From Candidatus Anstonellales archaeon (lineage in GTDB: Archaea; Micrarchaeota; Micrarchaeia; Anstonellales; J096): a stretch of DNA of 64,000 nt. The translations under genes were made by a program, and so were the position numbers. Shown here piece by piece: positions 10,029-19,864 of this stretch (position 1 is the first letter of the stretch; each line of letters begins with the position of its first letter). Location of the stretch: positions 96,001-160,000 of the forward strand of contig JAWACY010000002.1 of assembly GCA_038896535.1 (NCBI GenBank), in the 5' to 3' direction. A model generated the notes under the pieces. That model was given only the letters and a program-made list of their open reading frames with translations. It was not told the origin of the DNA and made no database searches.

Positions 10029-10312
10029 AAATAAGCATTTTATATTAATCATTTTCTATCAATCTATCCTGCAATCCAGTTTTTATTCTACCAAAATGCT
10101 AACCCAAGATAGCCCACAGATAATACACAAGATAAATCAATAAAGTTAATAAAAAACAAATGAAAAAAGCGATAAACAATAAAAATAAAAAATAATAAAA
10201 TAATAAAAAAAGAAAAAAGAAAAAAATCAAAAAGAAAAAATCAACAAAAAGCAAATAAAAAAGCAAAACAAATGTTTAAAAATGTTGCATAACATAAATT
10301 ATTGGTGGTTTT

Positions 10313-12499
10313 ATGGTTGAGAAACTGCAAAGCCCTCCTCCAGCATATGAGGAAATAAATAAAAACACGAAGGATGAATCAAGAAAGCTGGCATTGGAAG
10401 CCCTTAACTCCCTCAGAAATAACCCCAAATTCAAACAAGAATGGTTAACAAAAGAATTAGGAGAAAAAATCTCATCAATAACAAAGAAAATAATAGAAAA
10501 CACATCAGGAGAATCAAGAAAGTGGGCATTCGAAGCTCTTAACAACCTCCTACAAAACCCAAAATTCAACCCAGAATGGCTAAAACCAGAATTAGGAGGC
10601 AATATATCATCAGTAGTTAATAAGATTATGAGAAACGATTCACTAAGTGAAGAGCAAAAAAGGGCCTCATTAAATAATTTAAATGGACTTCTTCAAAATG
10701 CAGAAAATCCCATACGGATATTGTCAGGACAAGGAGCCACACAACAAACACCAACAGTTAGAGGAGAAGTGGCAAGAAGAGCAAGGAGCCAGATGCAAAG
10801 TGAAAATTATTATAGAGGCATTTCTACTGCTCTGGCTTATTATTTAGTTGGTAAAACTAAATATGAATATTTAATAGCGGAGCAAAGGGATCAACTCCAA
10901 AAATATGGAGTTGATGAAAAAACATTTAATGCTTATATTAAATATTTTAGGGAAAAGGGGGTAAAAAGTAGCATTGTAGATAAAGACGCTTATATTAGGG
11001 GCGTGCCTTTAGAAGAAGCACTTTTTGTAATACTTGTAGTAACAGGGACTGGACCAGTTGGAATGGAGACAATAAGAGAGATAACTAAGAATTACAATGA
11101 AACAAACAAAATGAAAGATATTAACGATTTATTTGGAGGGTCTTTGGCCCACTTAAGTCAACGAGGTGTAAGGGGAGCAAGTGGCTATAAACAGTATTTT
11201 GGTGGTGTGATTGATTATCTAACATGGGAAAGTCCTCAAACGCAAGCAGGACCTTTAGAAGCAATTGGAGATATATTAAGAATGGCTAATGATAACAGAA
11301 AGAATTGGGGAGAAAAAGCTGTAAAAGAAGCATTGGATAACATTAGGGGGCTACTGGCTCAACCAGCACCACCTAAAGTTGAAGAAGGAAAAGTTCCACC
11401 AGCAACAGAACCTATAATTGGAAGGCCAGGTGCTCCCCCTCATGCTGAACAACAACCTGCGCCTCCTATAGCAACACCAAAGCCCGCTGTCACCGCACAA
11501 CCACCAGAAAAAGTAGAATTATTATCGCAGGGAGATTTGCAGAAAATAGTTGATAAATTAAACCAAAATCAAAATAAACCGCCTTATACTAAGTATGGTG
11601 TAGATGAGAGTGAGAATAAAATTAATGTTGCTTATGAAGTGGTTAAAGTGTTGGGGCTTGGTGAAGGACTCACACAAGACATAGAAGAATCAAGAAGGCA
11701 AAGAGCAGCAGTTGATCATGCATATAAGATTATAACTAATTTATCACCAAATGTTGAGGAAAGGAGGCTTTATTTAAAGAATGTAAACCCAGCAGCATTT
11801 GAGGATTTGAGGAGAATATTAAGTGGAACATATGCTTCTAAACTTTTAGATGACATTATAGGTGATGAAGCTGGTAGAAAATATATAAACTTAAAAAACC
11901 TTGATGCATTATATACAACACTTACTAAAGATGGTAGACATGTGTTGATAAAAAGTTTATTGAACGCTGCTGGCGTTAATGAAAATGATTTCTTAGATTT
12001 TATTAATTGGGATAAAGATAAAAAGGAAATTAAAAGTCTTAAAGACTTATGGGAAAGGCTTAGCGATGATGAAACAGGAGCAATGCTGGGAACTGCTGTG
12101 ATGTTTATTGCTGGGTATAAGGGTAATTATTTATACACATCTTATCGCAGCAGGGAGGGCGCAAAAACAGAAATAAGTTTTACTACAGAAGATGTTGAAA
12201 GCAAAATAGGCAAAGGTGGGGGAGTTGTATTAAGTATTAGGGCGCGCTATGGAAATGGACCAATAGAAACAATAACAGAAAAAGAAAAAGGAAAGGGGCC
12301 AATAAGTGAAGAAGATAAGTCAGCACAACCAAGTCTAACGCCTGGCGGTGGAGGGGCTGAGACCCCCCCCACAGCGGAGGGAGGAGGAGAAGGAGAAAAA
12401 AGAGAAGGAACAGAAAGCCAACAACAAGAAAAAAAAGAAGAAAAACAAACAGAAACACCACAAGCACCAGAAGGACCAGGAGGACCAATAACACCATAA
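10313..12499 (+). CDS. Large orphan protein (728 aa) with N-terminal 45-aa helical repeats, Pro-rich linker and Gly/Glu/Pro tail
   Basis: SD GGTGG; long ORF; internal repeat visible in DNA. Confidence 0.85.
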   Translation: MVEKLQSPPPAYEEINKNTKDESRKLALEALNSLRNNPKFKQEWLTKELGEKISSITKKIIENTSGESRKWAFEALNNLLQNPKFNPEWLKPELGGNISSVVNKIMRNDSLSEEQKRASLNNLNGLLQNAENPIRILSGQGATQQTPTVRGEVARRARSQMQSENYYRGISTALAYYLVGKTKYEYLIAEQRDQLQKYGVDEKTFNAYIKYFREKGVKSSIVDKDAYIRGVPLEEALFVILVVTGTGPVGMETIREITKNYNETNKMKDINDLFGGSLAHLSQRGVRGASGYKQYFGGVIDYLTWESPQTQAGPLEAIGDILRMANDNRKNWGEKAVKEALDNIRGLLAQPAPPKVEEGKVPPATEPIIGRPGAPPHAEQQPAPPIATPKPAVTAQPPEKVELLSQGDLQKIVDKLNQNQNKPPYTKYGVDESENKINVAYEVVKVLGLGEGLTQDIEESRRQRAAVDHAYKIITNLSPNVEERRLYLKNVNPAAFEDLRRILSGTYASKLLDDIIGDEAGRKYINLKNLDALYTTLTKDGRHVLIKSLLNAAGVNENDFLDFINWDKDKKEIKSLKDLWERLSDDETGAMLGTAVMFIAGYKGNYLYTSYRSREGAKTEISFTTEDVESKIGKGGGVVLSIRARYGNGPIETITEKEKGKGPISEEDKSAQPSLTPGGGGAETPPTAEGGGEGEKREGTESQQQEKKEEKQTETPQAPEGPGGPITP
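10376..10645 (+). repeat. Two 135-bp (45-aa) tandem coding repeats, followed by a third degenerate copy
   Basis: GAATCAAGAAAG... units start at 10376 and 10511 (ESRKLALEALNSLRNNPKF / ESRKWAFEALNNLLQNPKF). Confidence 0.85.
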
Positions 12500-12881
12500 A
12501 ATAATAAATACAGAACAGAGAACAGGACATTCGGGCAATGAGGGGGTTAGGTAGGATTGTTAGGTGGGGGCAGGGGGAGGTTGTTTTAGATGGGGTTATT
12601 TGGGCGGTTGGTTATTTATGAATACTGATGGAGAGATAGGATAAAAAGAATAAAAAGTTGAGCTTATTATATCACTTATCTTATGATATTATAGAGTAAA
12701 TAGATAAAGACAAATAAAATCAATGAGAGATGAAAAAAACACGATAACAGATTTGGGGAGAAGTGTTAAAAATAAGAGCGTGTGCTTTGTATATGGGCTG
12801 TTTTATCTCAAAAAATATCTCAAAAAAATCAACATGCGGAATTATATAGTATAAAAAGCAATAAAAACCAAATAAAATTCA

Positions 12882-15800
12882 TTATTTCTCTTCTTCAAGT
12901 TTTTTCTCTAATGCTTTCAAATCCTCAATGAGTTTATCAAATGTTTTTTGTTCGGATTGCTCTCGGAAAATACTAGGGGCACTAACCCTCAAAAAATTAA
13001 AGTACTCTTCATACCTGCCGCTGAAATCTCTAAAACACAGACCAGGCATATTATAAAGATCGTTTATATCATCCCTCATTTGGTTTTTGAATTCTTGTGA
13101 TGTTGTTTTTTTAGTGGCCATTTCTTGTGCTGTCTTTAGAAATTGCGCCTCATAACTATCTGGCACTAGTAAAAAATATGATTCAACACCATCTTGACCT
13201 ATTTTTCCTCCTACTGCTTTTATATAACCTAACGGATTATTTACGATAGATGTATAAAGATTTATTACCTTCTTGATTGAACTAAACTCCGTTTGTTCTT
13301 TTTCTGCTTCCTTTTGTTCTTGTGTTGGTTCTAGTTTTTTGTATAAATCGTTAAATAATCTTGTAATTTCCCCTTCGTTGCCAAGCAATTTTTTCAACGC
13401 TTCATATTCACTTTCTCCCAATATCTCTTTAGCGAGTTTTCCGTCTTCTACTTCTAGTAAAGGAGTATAATAATATATAATGGGCTCTAAATTCCTCAAA
13501 ACTGTTAAAACATCTTCAAAATAGCTTAAATAAGCATTTCTTATTTCACTCCTTATTTTAGATATTTCAAGCAACACATGATATTTAGCCCTTTCTGACA
13601 AATTAAATTTTTTCAGCTTCTCAATTAGTCTTCTCTCTTCTTCCTTTAACTCATTTATTCTGTCTTTGGTTTTTTCCAATGCCTCGTTATTCAATTTTTC
13701 TAATTCATTTATGTAGTTATTTATTGTTCCGCTGTCATATTTTGATAAAAAATCATGTAATGAAACCTGCTCTCCGTTAAAATAAAACCTATAATGAAAA
13801 GGCGTAAATGGTTCTTTAATACCAAGCAAGCTTAAAAAAGGCGACAAAAGTGGCACTCTTGCTTTTTTCTCATCCTCATACTGTTGTTTTACTATTTCTC
13901 TAAATCTATTATCGATCTTACTAATCACATTGTCTTTATCTAAACCAAATTTCGTTGCAAATGACTCCGCAATTCCAGTCTTTATCTCCATAAATGGCGC
14001 TGCACTACCATAATTAACCTTAAAAAACATGAAATCTATTAAAGCTCTATAATCAAGCTTAATATAATCAGCGGCTTCCTCAATAGAAACACCGTATGTT
14101 TTTGCAAGCGCTAAAATCCTTCTTACGGAATAAGAAAGAGCACTTATTACATCCCCTGTATAATTCCATTTCCTTTCATATATAAGAGCCCCTACATCTT
14201 TCTTAAATTTTTCTATGTTGCTTATTCCACTCAATTTTTCTACTGCTTTAACCAATACCTCAACAACATCGCTTTCCTTCATATCGCCAGAAAGATAAAA
14301 AACAGGTGAGCTGGGGTTTCGAATATCTATTTTTGTACTGAGATATGTTATTATTGCAGCCATTTCTCTTATTTGTTCCGGCTTTAGAGTATTCAGGTTA
14401 ACAAGTTTATTTAATCTTACGTATCTCTCCCTCATTTTTTCTGCTATTTTTTCTCTTAACGTTTTTCTTGCTTCGTCTCCATTATAAAAACTATAACTTA
14501 TCCATTGCTTCTTTTCCTCTTCCAACTCTTTTATCTCTTTTTCTCTTTGCCCCCTTATTATATCCCATGCTTTCTTGAATGCTTCCCCTCCTTGTTCAAC
14601 AAGAGTAAATATAAATTTCGGTGGAAAGCCAAAAGTTGATATATCCTCCAATTTCGATATTGATGCAAATTGCAATGTTTCATAAAATGCTTCTAATGAT
14701 GCATACACATAACTATTCTTGCCAAGAGGGTTTTTTCCATTTTCCAGTGCTTGCAGGATTCTTTCCATTAAACCCTTTGCTCTTATAATATCACCAAAAA
14801 TAAGAAGTTTATAAACAATTTCCATATGTTTTGACAGATCTTCTGTTTTTTCTATTTTTATCTCAGTCTTCAACAAATTATCTGCCAACACTGCAGTTCT
14901 CTTATAAAAATCAAAAGCCGAACTTAATACGTTCTTAGCTGCTTCCAATGGGGATATGCCAAGTTTTTTTATGTATTCTAATGCTGCTTCACCTGTATAA
15001 ACTATAATCTCTCCTGATTTGCCTGTTTCTACATAAATCATACCTCTTGCCCTTATATCTCTTTGATATTCACCACTAAATGCATTATTTACATACATAG
15101 CCAAAATATAAAATGCTGCCATTTGTGTATTTGTAAAAACAAATTTCCCAGATCTTATATTTAATGCGCCAGCCGGTGTTTCAAGGCTTAATTTACCGCC
15201 AGCCAGCCACCTAAAATCGAGTAAATCCGGGGCTAATGTAATGCCTGCATATGGCCCAAACTTATGAGACACTCCTGCTAAAAATTCTTCAACCTCGGCC
15301 TGAACATAAGGGTTCCATTGTGGCACTTCTGCCCCAATTGCAACGCCAGAACTAGAAGTTGGAACTTGCATTCTTCTGCCTTCAGGATGTGGTATTTCTT
15401 GTATTGTTCTTTCTTCTACCCTAACTCCAAATCCAGCTGTTGGTTGGAGCTTTTCTGTTGGGGTAATTATCACACCGAAACGAGGGCCTGCCTCTAACCT
15501 TTGTTCATAATAATTAGTTATTGCTGTTGTACCTCTGTTTATAAATACTTCCTCTAAAGCGTTTTTAATATCTTCCAAATTCGCATGTCTATTTTTTGAA
15601 CTCTTGTAAAGAGATTCAACTAGGCCCTCTAAATCTCCTTTTGTAAGATAAACAGTACCCCCCAACAGTTCTTTTATCTTCTGTAGTTCTCCTTCTGATA
15701 GTAAAATACCGCCAGACCCAGCCAAAGCTTGTGGGCCAGCTAATAAATCAATAGGTAGAACAAATACTCGACTCTCTTGATCATATATAACTACTTCCTT

Positions 15801-15986
15801 GCCATTATAGGTTATCTTACCATCCCTCCCTATTTTATAACCAGCATTTTTCATCTTATTTAAAAGCCAATCATAAACCTTTCTCCATGGTTCTCTCTTG
15901 TATTCTTGCTTTTTTCTTTGCTCCTCTGCCTTCTCTGCTGTTTCCCTTGTTCGTTGTTCCAGTTTACTTCCTTTTTCTTGCCCCAA
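12882..15986 (-). CDS. Giant orphan protein (1034 aa): Gly-rich beta-strand segment near the N-terminus, long helical/coiled C-terminal part
   Basis: TTG start with GGTGGG SD; uninterrupted ORF. Confidence 0.85.
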   Translation of the reverse strand: MGQEKGSKLEQRTRETAEKAEEQRKKQEYKREPWRKVYDWLLNKMKNAGYKIGRDGKITYNGKEVVIYDQESRVFVLPIDLLAGPQALAGSGGILLSEGELQKIKELLGGTVYLTKGDLEGLVESLYKSSKNRHANLEDIKNALEEVFINRGTTAITNYYEQRLEAGPRFGVIITPTEKLQPTAGFGVRVEERTIQEIPHPEGRRMQVPTSSSGVAIGAEVPQWNPYVQAEVEEFLAGVSHKFGPYAGITLAPDLLDFRWLAGGKLSLETPAGALNIRSGKFVFTNTQMAAFYILAMYVNNAFSGEYQRDIRARGMIYVETGKSGEIIVYTGEAALEYIKKLGISPLEAAKNVLSSAFDFYKRTAVLADNLLKTEIKIEKTEDLSKHMEIVYKLLIFGDIIRAKGLMERILQALENGKNPLGKNSYVYASLEAFYETLQFASISKLEDISTFGFPPKFIFTLVEQGGEAFKKAWDIIRGQREKEIKELEEEKKQWISYSFYNGDEARKTLREKIAEKMRERYVRLNKLVNLNTLKPEQIREMAAIITYLSTKIDIRNPSSPVFYLSGDMKESDVVEVLVKAVEKLSGISNIEKFKKDVGALIYERKWNYTGDVISALSYSVRRILALAKTYGVSIEEAADYIKLDYRALIDFMFFKVNYGSAAPFMEIKTGIAESFATKFGLDKDNVISKIDNRFREIVKQQYEDEKKARVPLLSPFLSLLGIKEPFTPFHYRFYFNGEQVSLHDFLSKYDSGTINNYINELEKLNNEALEKTKDRINELKEEERRLIEKLKKFNLSERAKYHVLLEISKIRSEIRNAYLSYFEDVLTVLRNLEPIIYYYTPLLEVEDGKLAKEILGESEYEALKKLLGNEGEITRLFNDLYKKLEPTQEQKEAEKEQTEFSSIKKVINLYTSIVNNPLGYIKAVGGKIGQDGVESYFLLVPDSYEAQFLKTAQEMATKKTTSQEFKNQMRDDINDLYNMPGLCFRDFSGRYEEYFNFLRVSAPSIFREQSEQKTFDKLIEDLKALEKKLEEEK

Positions 15987-16039
15987 TATCCCACCATTTA
16001 TTTATTAAAATATTCATTTCCTCGGCATGTGCACAATCA

Positions 16040-19000
16040 TTACCTAGTAGCCTTCAGTTTTGAGATCCTAAAAATGGCATCAAAATATGCTTTCACTACC
16101 TCTCCTGTTCTTTGAATGTTCAGTGCTATGTCGCCCCCATATTGACTTATTTCTGCGGGCCATGTCTCTGATATTGCCATACTACCATACACAACAATTC
16201 CTTGGAGCAGTTCATTACTTAGATCTTTACCAATAACTGTGGCTCTATACACACCACTACCAAGACGCCATGTCTCATCACTTATATTATTAAAAACAAT
16301 CTCACCATTCTTGATGCTATAATTTATCTCTCTTACTTCATTGTTGAAAGTAAAATCCCCCCTTACACCAGTGCCACCTGGAGTCATGCCTGGCCCACCT
16401 ATATCATGAGTATAAACACCAGTTGCAAGCCAACTTTTATATTTACTGATCTGCCCAATAATAATATCTTCCCTTTCTTTATTTTTTATCTTTACTCCCT
16501 CGCTCGTTTTAACTCTCTCGCCAAAAGCAAGTTGAACATTTGTAACTCTTCTAAGACCAGTTAGATATGTGTTAACTAAATTAAATGTGCCTGTCATTCT
16601 TCTGGCTATTAACTCATCTGCCTTTTCTCCTCCTGCTCCTACATATTGTGTCCCCCCTGTTCCGAAAAATAGCCACTTATTATCTTCTCCTGCAAGAAAG
16701 CCAAGCCACCCACTTGTAGCATCTTTTTGCCCCTTAGCTATATCTATATTTGTTCCTATTAATAACTTACCACTAACAAACTTCGCCTCTAATCTCCCCT
16801 CTAATGCTCCGCCTGTTATTGTTATCCTCTCCTTGCCATTAATTGTTTTGCCGTTTAAATTTTTTAAAACCGCTTCTCCTGTCTTTAAAGGCCCTAAATT
16901 TCTTGTCCACCCACCTAAAACAATAAGCCTCCCTTCTTGGTTTGGGGCAAGAGCAACAATTGCTGATATCTTATTCTTATCATCAAATTCAACATGCACA
17001 AAAGCATGCCTAACCTCCAAATCCTCTATTTTCTCTCTTCCAATACCAGCAATAGCATTAATGGTTTCTGTATCTAAACCTGCGTATGAAAGAAATTGCA
17101 AAACAGTCTTAGGATCTCCTTCTTTTTCTCCATTAACTATCAAAAGGTAATCCCTTAAAAAATACGTAAGAGCTGCTTGTAAACGCCTCCTCCCCTCATT
17201 AAAGTTGTTTATAATACCAAATTGAAAATCAGTACCAAAACTTTGAAGAGTTTCTATTTGTTTTTTTAATAGTGGATCACCTAGATCCTCATTTATTGTT
17301 CTCACAGAATACCCTAATGCTGCTAAAGCAATTGGTGCATTCCTGTATGGATTTGTATATTGAAATTGTGCTCCATATTCTAACTGTACTTTTTTAGGTG
17401 TCCAATGCTTAGTGACTTTATCAACAAAACCTTTTGCTTCCCAATTTGTTGTTCCTGGGGGCGCACTTATCCCACTAATATATACGCCCCGTCTTCCCAT
17501 TACGTCATAAATTTTACCTACGAAGATACTATAATTCCTTTGATCAAGATAGGATAAACCACCTAAGCCACCACCACCAATTGGTAAGTTCTGCCCAATT
17601 AAAAAACCGCCCCATTGATTAACCTGAAGTGCTGGGGCTGCTACAAAACCATCAATACTTGGTTTATTATGCAAGGCTATAACAAGACCATCTAGACTAG
17701 CCAGAGTTGTTCCCTTTGTTTCTCTTCCTCCTTGCACACCAGTTTCAATCACCAATCCCTGCGCCTTTGCCAAATTCCCCTCCTTTGCCTTTTCCCTTAC
17801 CCCTAAGTTATTAAGATAATTTATATACTCCTTTGCTTGTTCTTGTGGTACATAAAAGTATCCTGCTTCTGCATAAGTTCCATTTGGTTGTCTATAAAAA
17901 ATTCTTGCTTTATACTCTCCTTTCTCTATTTCCCCTCCTTTTGTTTTTTCGAAAACAAGGCCAGTTTCAACACCAGTCGGTAATAATAAATTCAACTTGT
18001 CCAAAGTTGTTAATTCTTTTGGCCCTTTATAAGATGCGTTGGCTTCAACAGTCCACAAAGTATTCCCGTCGTTGAGATTCACTCTTTTAAATCTTCCCTC
18101 TGCTATTGTTACTGCCCCCGAATCACTTGAGCCCCCGCCACCACTCAACTCAGCTTCTGTTCTGGTTATGCCTGGAAAGGCCCGTTGAATGTAGCTAAGT
18201 CTTCCGCTGAAATATCTACTCCATTGTCCCTCGCCATTTCTTTCCGCTCTGTAAGTACCGCCAAACGTTCCTTCAATAACTTTAAATGTCAGAGGTCCTT
18301 CAATTGGCAAATACTTGCTCAATATCTTGTTTAATTTACTATAATCAAATGTAAAATAAGGCAAGATTAATTGCAATGCTGGTGTGGTTAAATTAAATTC
18401 CAACATTTCTCCGTTTTCTATTGTTTTTCTGAGTTCTTCAAATGTTTTTGGTAGTGCAGTTGGTATTTCGCCAGGAAGAAGATAACCATGAAGAGAATTA
18501 TACACGGTTCTTGGAAGGTTGATATTGATCTTTAAATCTGGTATATTTACAGTAAAACCTTGTTGTTCTGTTTGTGTTATTTTTATTTTAAAAGTTTCTA
18601 AGCCAGTAGTCTGGTCTCTTTCAACTTTAAGATTTTCCATTTTTATATCTTGAATGGTTGGAAATATTTTATTTAATTCAGTTCCGACTTCACGCAGAAA
18701 ATTTATTGCGCCTGCTGTATAATTACTTTCATATAATGCCTGCGCACTACCTAAAATCAAAGACAACCCATGGCTAAGTATCTCAGTGTTGCCTTGTTTG
18801 CTTACAAAGGGCGTTAGATAAACTGCAGCAGCAAAATGCAGCTCAGGGCGTATCATAGAAAGATTCTCAATAAAAATCCTTAATTTTTCTCCTTCTACTG
18901 TCTTAAGAAATTCTCTAATTTTACTCATCGTTATACGTTCAGGGTCTCCGCCAAGCAAGGAAGCGGCATGCTTGGCTATATAAATTTGTGCGTAGTAATT

Positions 19001-19834
19001 AAGTAGCGCGAACTGTTTCTGTGTTGTCGTATTAGATCCTAAGGCCTCAAAGAATTTATTTCTAATTTCTAAATCTTTTGCCAAATTTTCATCACCATAG
19101 GGCAATATGAATTTTCTCAGTTCTGCCATTTGTTTCTCATTTTCAATTTCAATTTTGCCGTCATAATAAGCAAAAATGTCAGCTATAGCAGTTTGTCTTC
19201 TTCCATAAAATGTTGATAGAATTCTATGGAACAGCGTTCTTGTATCAAGATTGAGATTACTCAAAAGATCTTCGAAATCCTTGAGATCTCCATCTTTCCT
19301 TTTAATCTTTTCTTCTAGAACTTTCTCTAATTTTTCTCCTAATAGCCTTTTGTATTTAGTTTCAAGTTTTTTTAGGTTACCCCAAACTTCTTCTAATCTC
19401 TTTATAAAATCATCAATCTTTCCTCTTACAGTTTTTGCGTCTGCATCGGGGGGAATATTTAGAAAACAATCCGCATAAGCATCCTCTATTATTTTAGCCT
19501 GGGAGGTTAATTCATTTAATAATTTCTTATATTCTTGTATGAGCTCCCTTTCCTTCTCTGAAAAAAAGTCTAGATTAAGTTTACTTAAATATTGAACAAA
19601 CTCATTTAATGTTCTGTAGTTCAAGGCGTATTGGGTATATTTAGGCACTTCTTCCTCTATTTTCTGTGGAGCCTTCATATTAAATAGAAGCGTTAAACCC
19701 ATTACTACGCTCTCTCTTTGCTTCTGCGCCTCATTTGCTGTTTCTATTGCTCTTCTTTTTCCTTCTGTTAGTTCTTCTGTTAGTTGTGGTGTTTCTTTTT
19801 TTCCGACCGGACTTTTTTCTTGTGTGGCTGGCAT
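16040..19834 (-). CDS. Giant orphan protein (1264 aa): helical N-terminal part, long Gly-rich amphipathic beta-strand C-terminal region
   Basis: Uninterrupted ORF; TATA-like TTTTTAAA ~25 nt upstream. Confidence 0.87.
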   Translation of the reverse strand: MPATQEKSPVGKKETPQLTEELTEGKRRAIETANEAQKQRESVVMGLTLLFNMKAPQKIEEEVPKYTQYALNYRTLNEFVQYLSKLNLDFFSEKERELIQEYKKLLNELTSQAKIIEDAYADCFLNIPPDADAKTVRGKIDDFIKRLEEVWGNLKKLETKYKRLLGEKLEKVLEEKIKRKDGDLKDFEDLLSNLNLDTRTLFHRILSTFYGRRQTAIADIFAYYDGKIEIENEKQMAELRKFILPYGDENLAKDLEIRNKFFEALGSNTTTQKQFALLNYYAQIYIAKHAASLLGGDPERITMSKIREFLKTVEGEKLRIFIENLSMIRPELHFAAAVYLTPFVSKQGNTEILSHGLSLILGSAQALYESNYTAGAINFLREVGTELNKIFPTIQDIKMENLKVERDQTTGLETFKIKITQTEQQGFTVNIPDLKININLPRTVYNSLHGYLLPGEIPTALPKTFEELRKTIENGEMLEFNLTTPALQLILPYFTFDYSKLNKILSKYLPIEGPLTFKVIEGTFGGTYRAERNGEGQWSRYFSGRLSYIQRAFPGITRTEAELSGGGGSSDSGAVTIAEGRFKRVNLNDGNTLWTVEANASYKGPKELTTLDKLNLLLPTGVETGLVFEKTKGGEIEKGEYKARIFYRQPNGTYAEAGYFYVPQEQAKEYINYLNNLGVREKAKEGNLAKAQGLVIETGVQGGRETKGTTLASLDGLVIALHNKPSIDGFVAAPALQVNQWGGFLIGQNLPIGGGGLGGLSYLDQRNYSIFVGKIYDVMGRRGVYISGISAPPGTTNWEAKGFVDKVTKHWTPKKVQLEYGAQFQYTNPYRNAPIALAALGYSVRTINEDLGDPLLKKQIETLQSFGTDFQFGIINNFNEGRRRLQAALTYFLRDYLLIVNGEKEGDPKTVLQFLSYAGLDTETINAIAGIGREKIEDLEVRHAFVHVEFDDKNKISAIVALAPNQEGRLIVLGGWTRNLGPLKTGEAVLKNLNGKTINGKERITITGGALEGRLEAKFVSGKLLIGTNIDIAKGQKDATSGWLGFLAGEDNKWLFFGTGGTQYVGAGGEKADELIARRMTGTFNLVNTYLTGLRRVTNVQLAFGERVKTSEGVKIKNKEREDIIIGQISKYKSWLATGVYTHDIGGPGMTPGGTGVRGDFTFNNEVREINYSIKNGEIVFNNISDETWRLGSGVYRATVIGKDLSNELLQGIVVYGSMAISETWPAEISQYGGDIALNIQRTGEVVKAYFDAIFRISKLKATR

Positions 19835-19864
19835 AGAAAAATTTGAATAAATGAGTTTAAAAAT

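Noticed and set aside
10029..10290. Long A-rich tract as ncRNA or origin
   Set aside because: No structure, ORB-like repeats or cdc6 nearby; likely terminator/low-complexity spacer.
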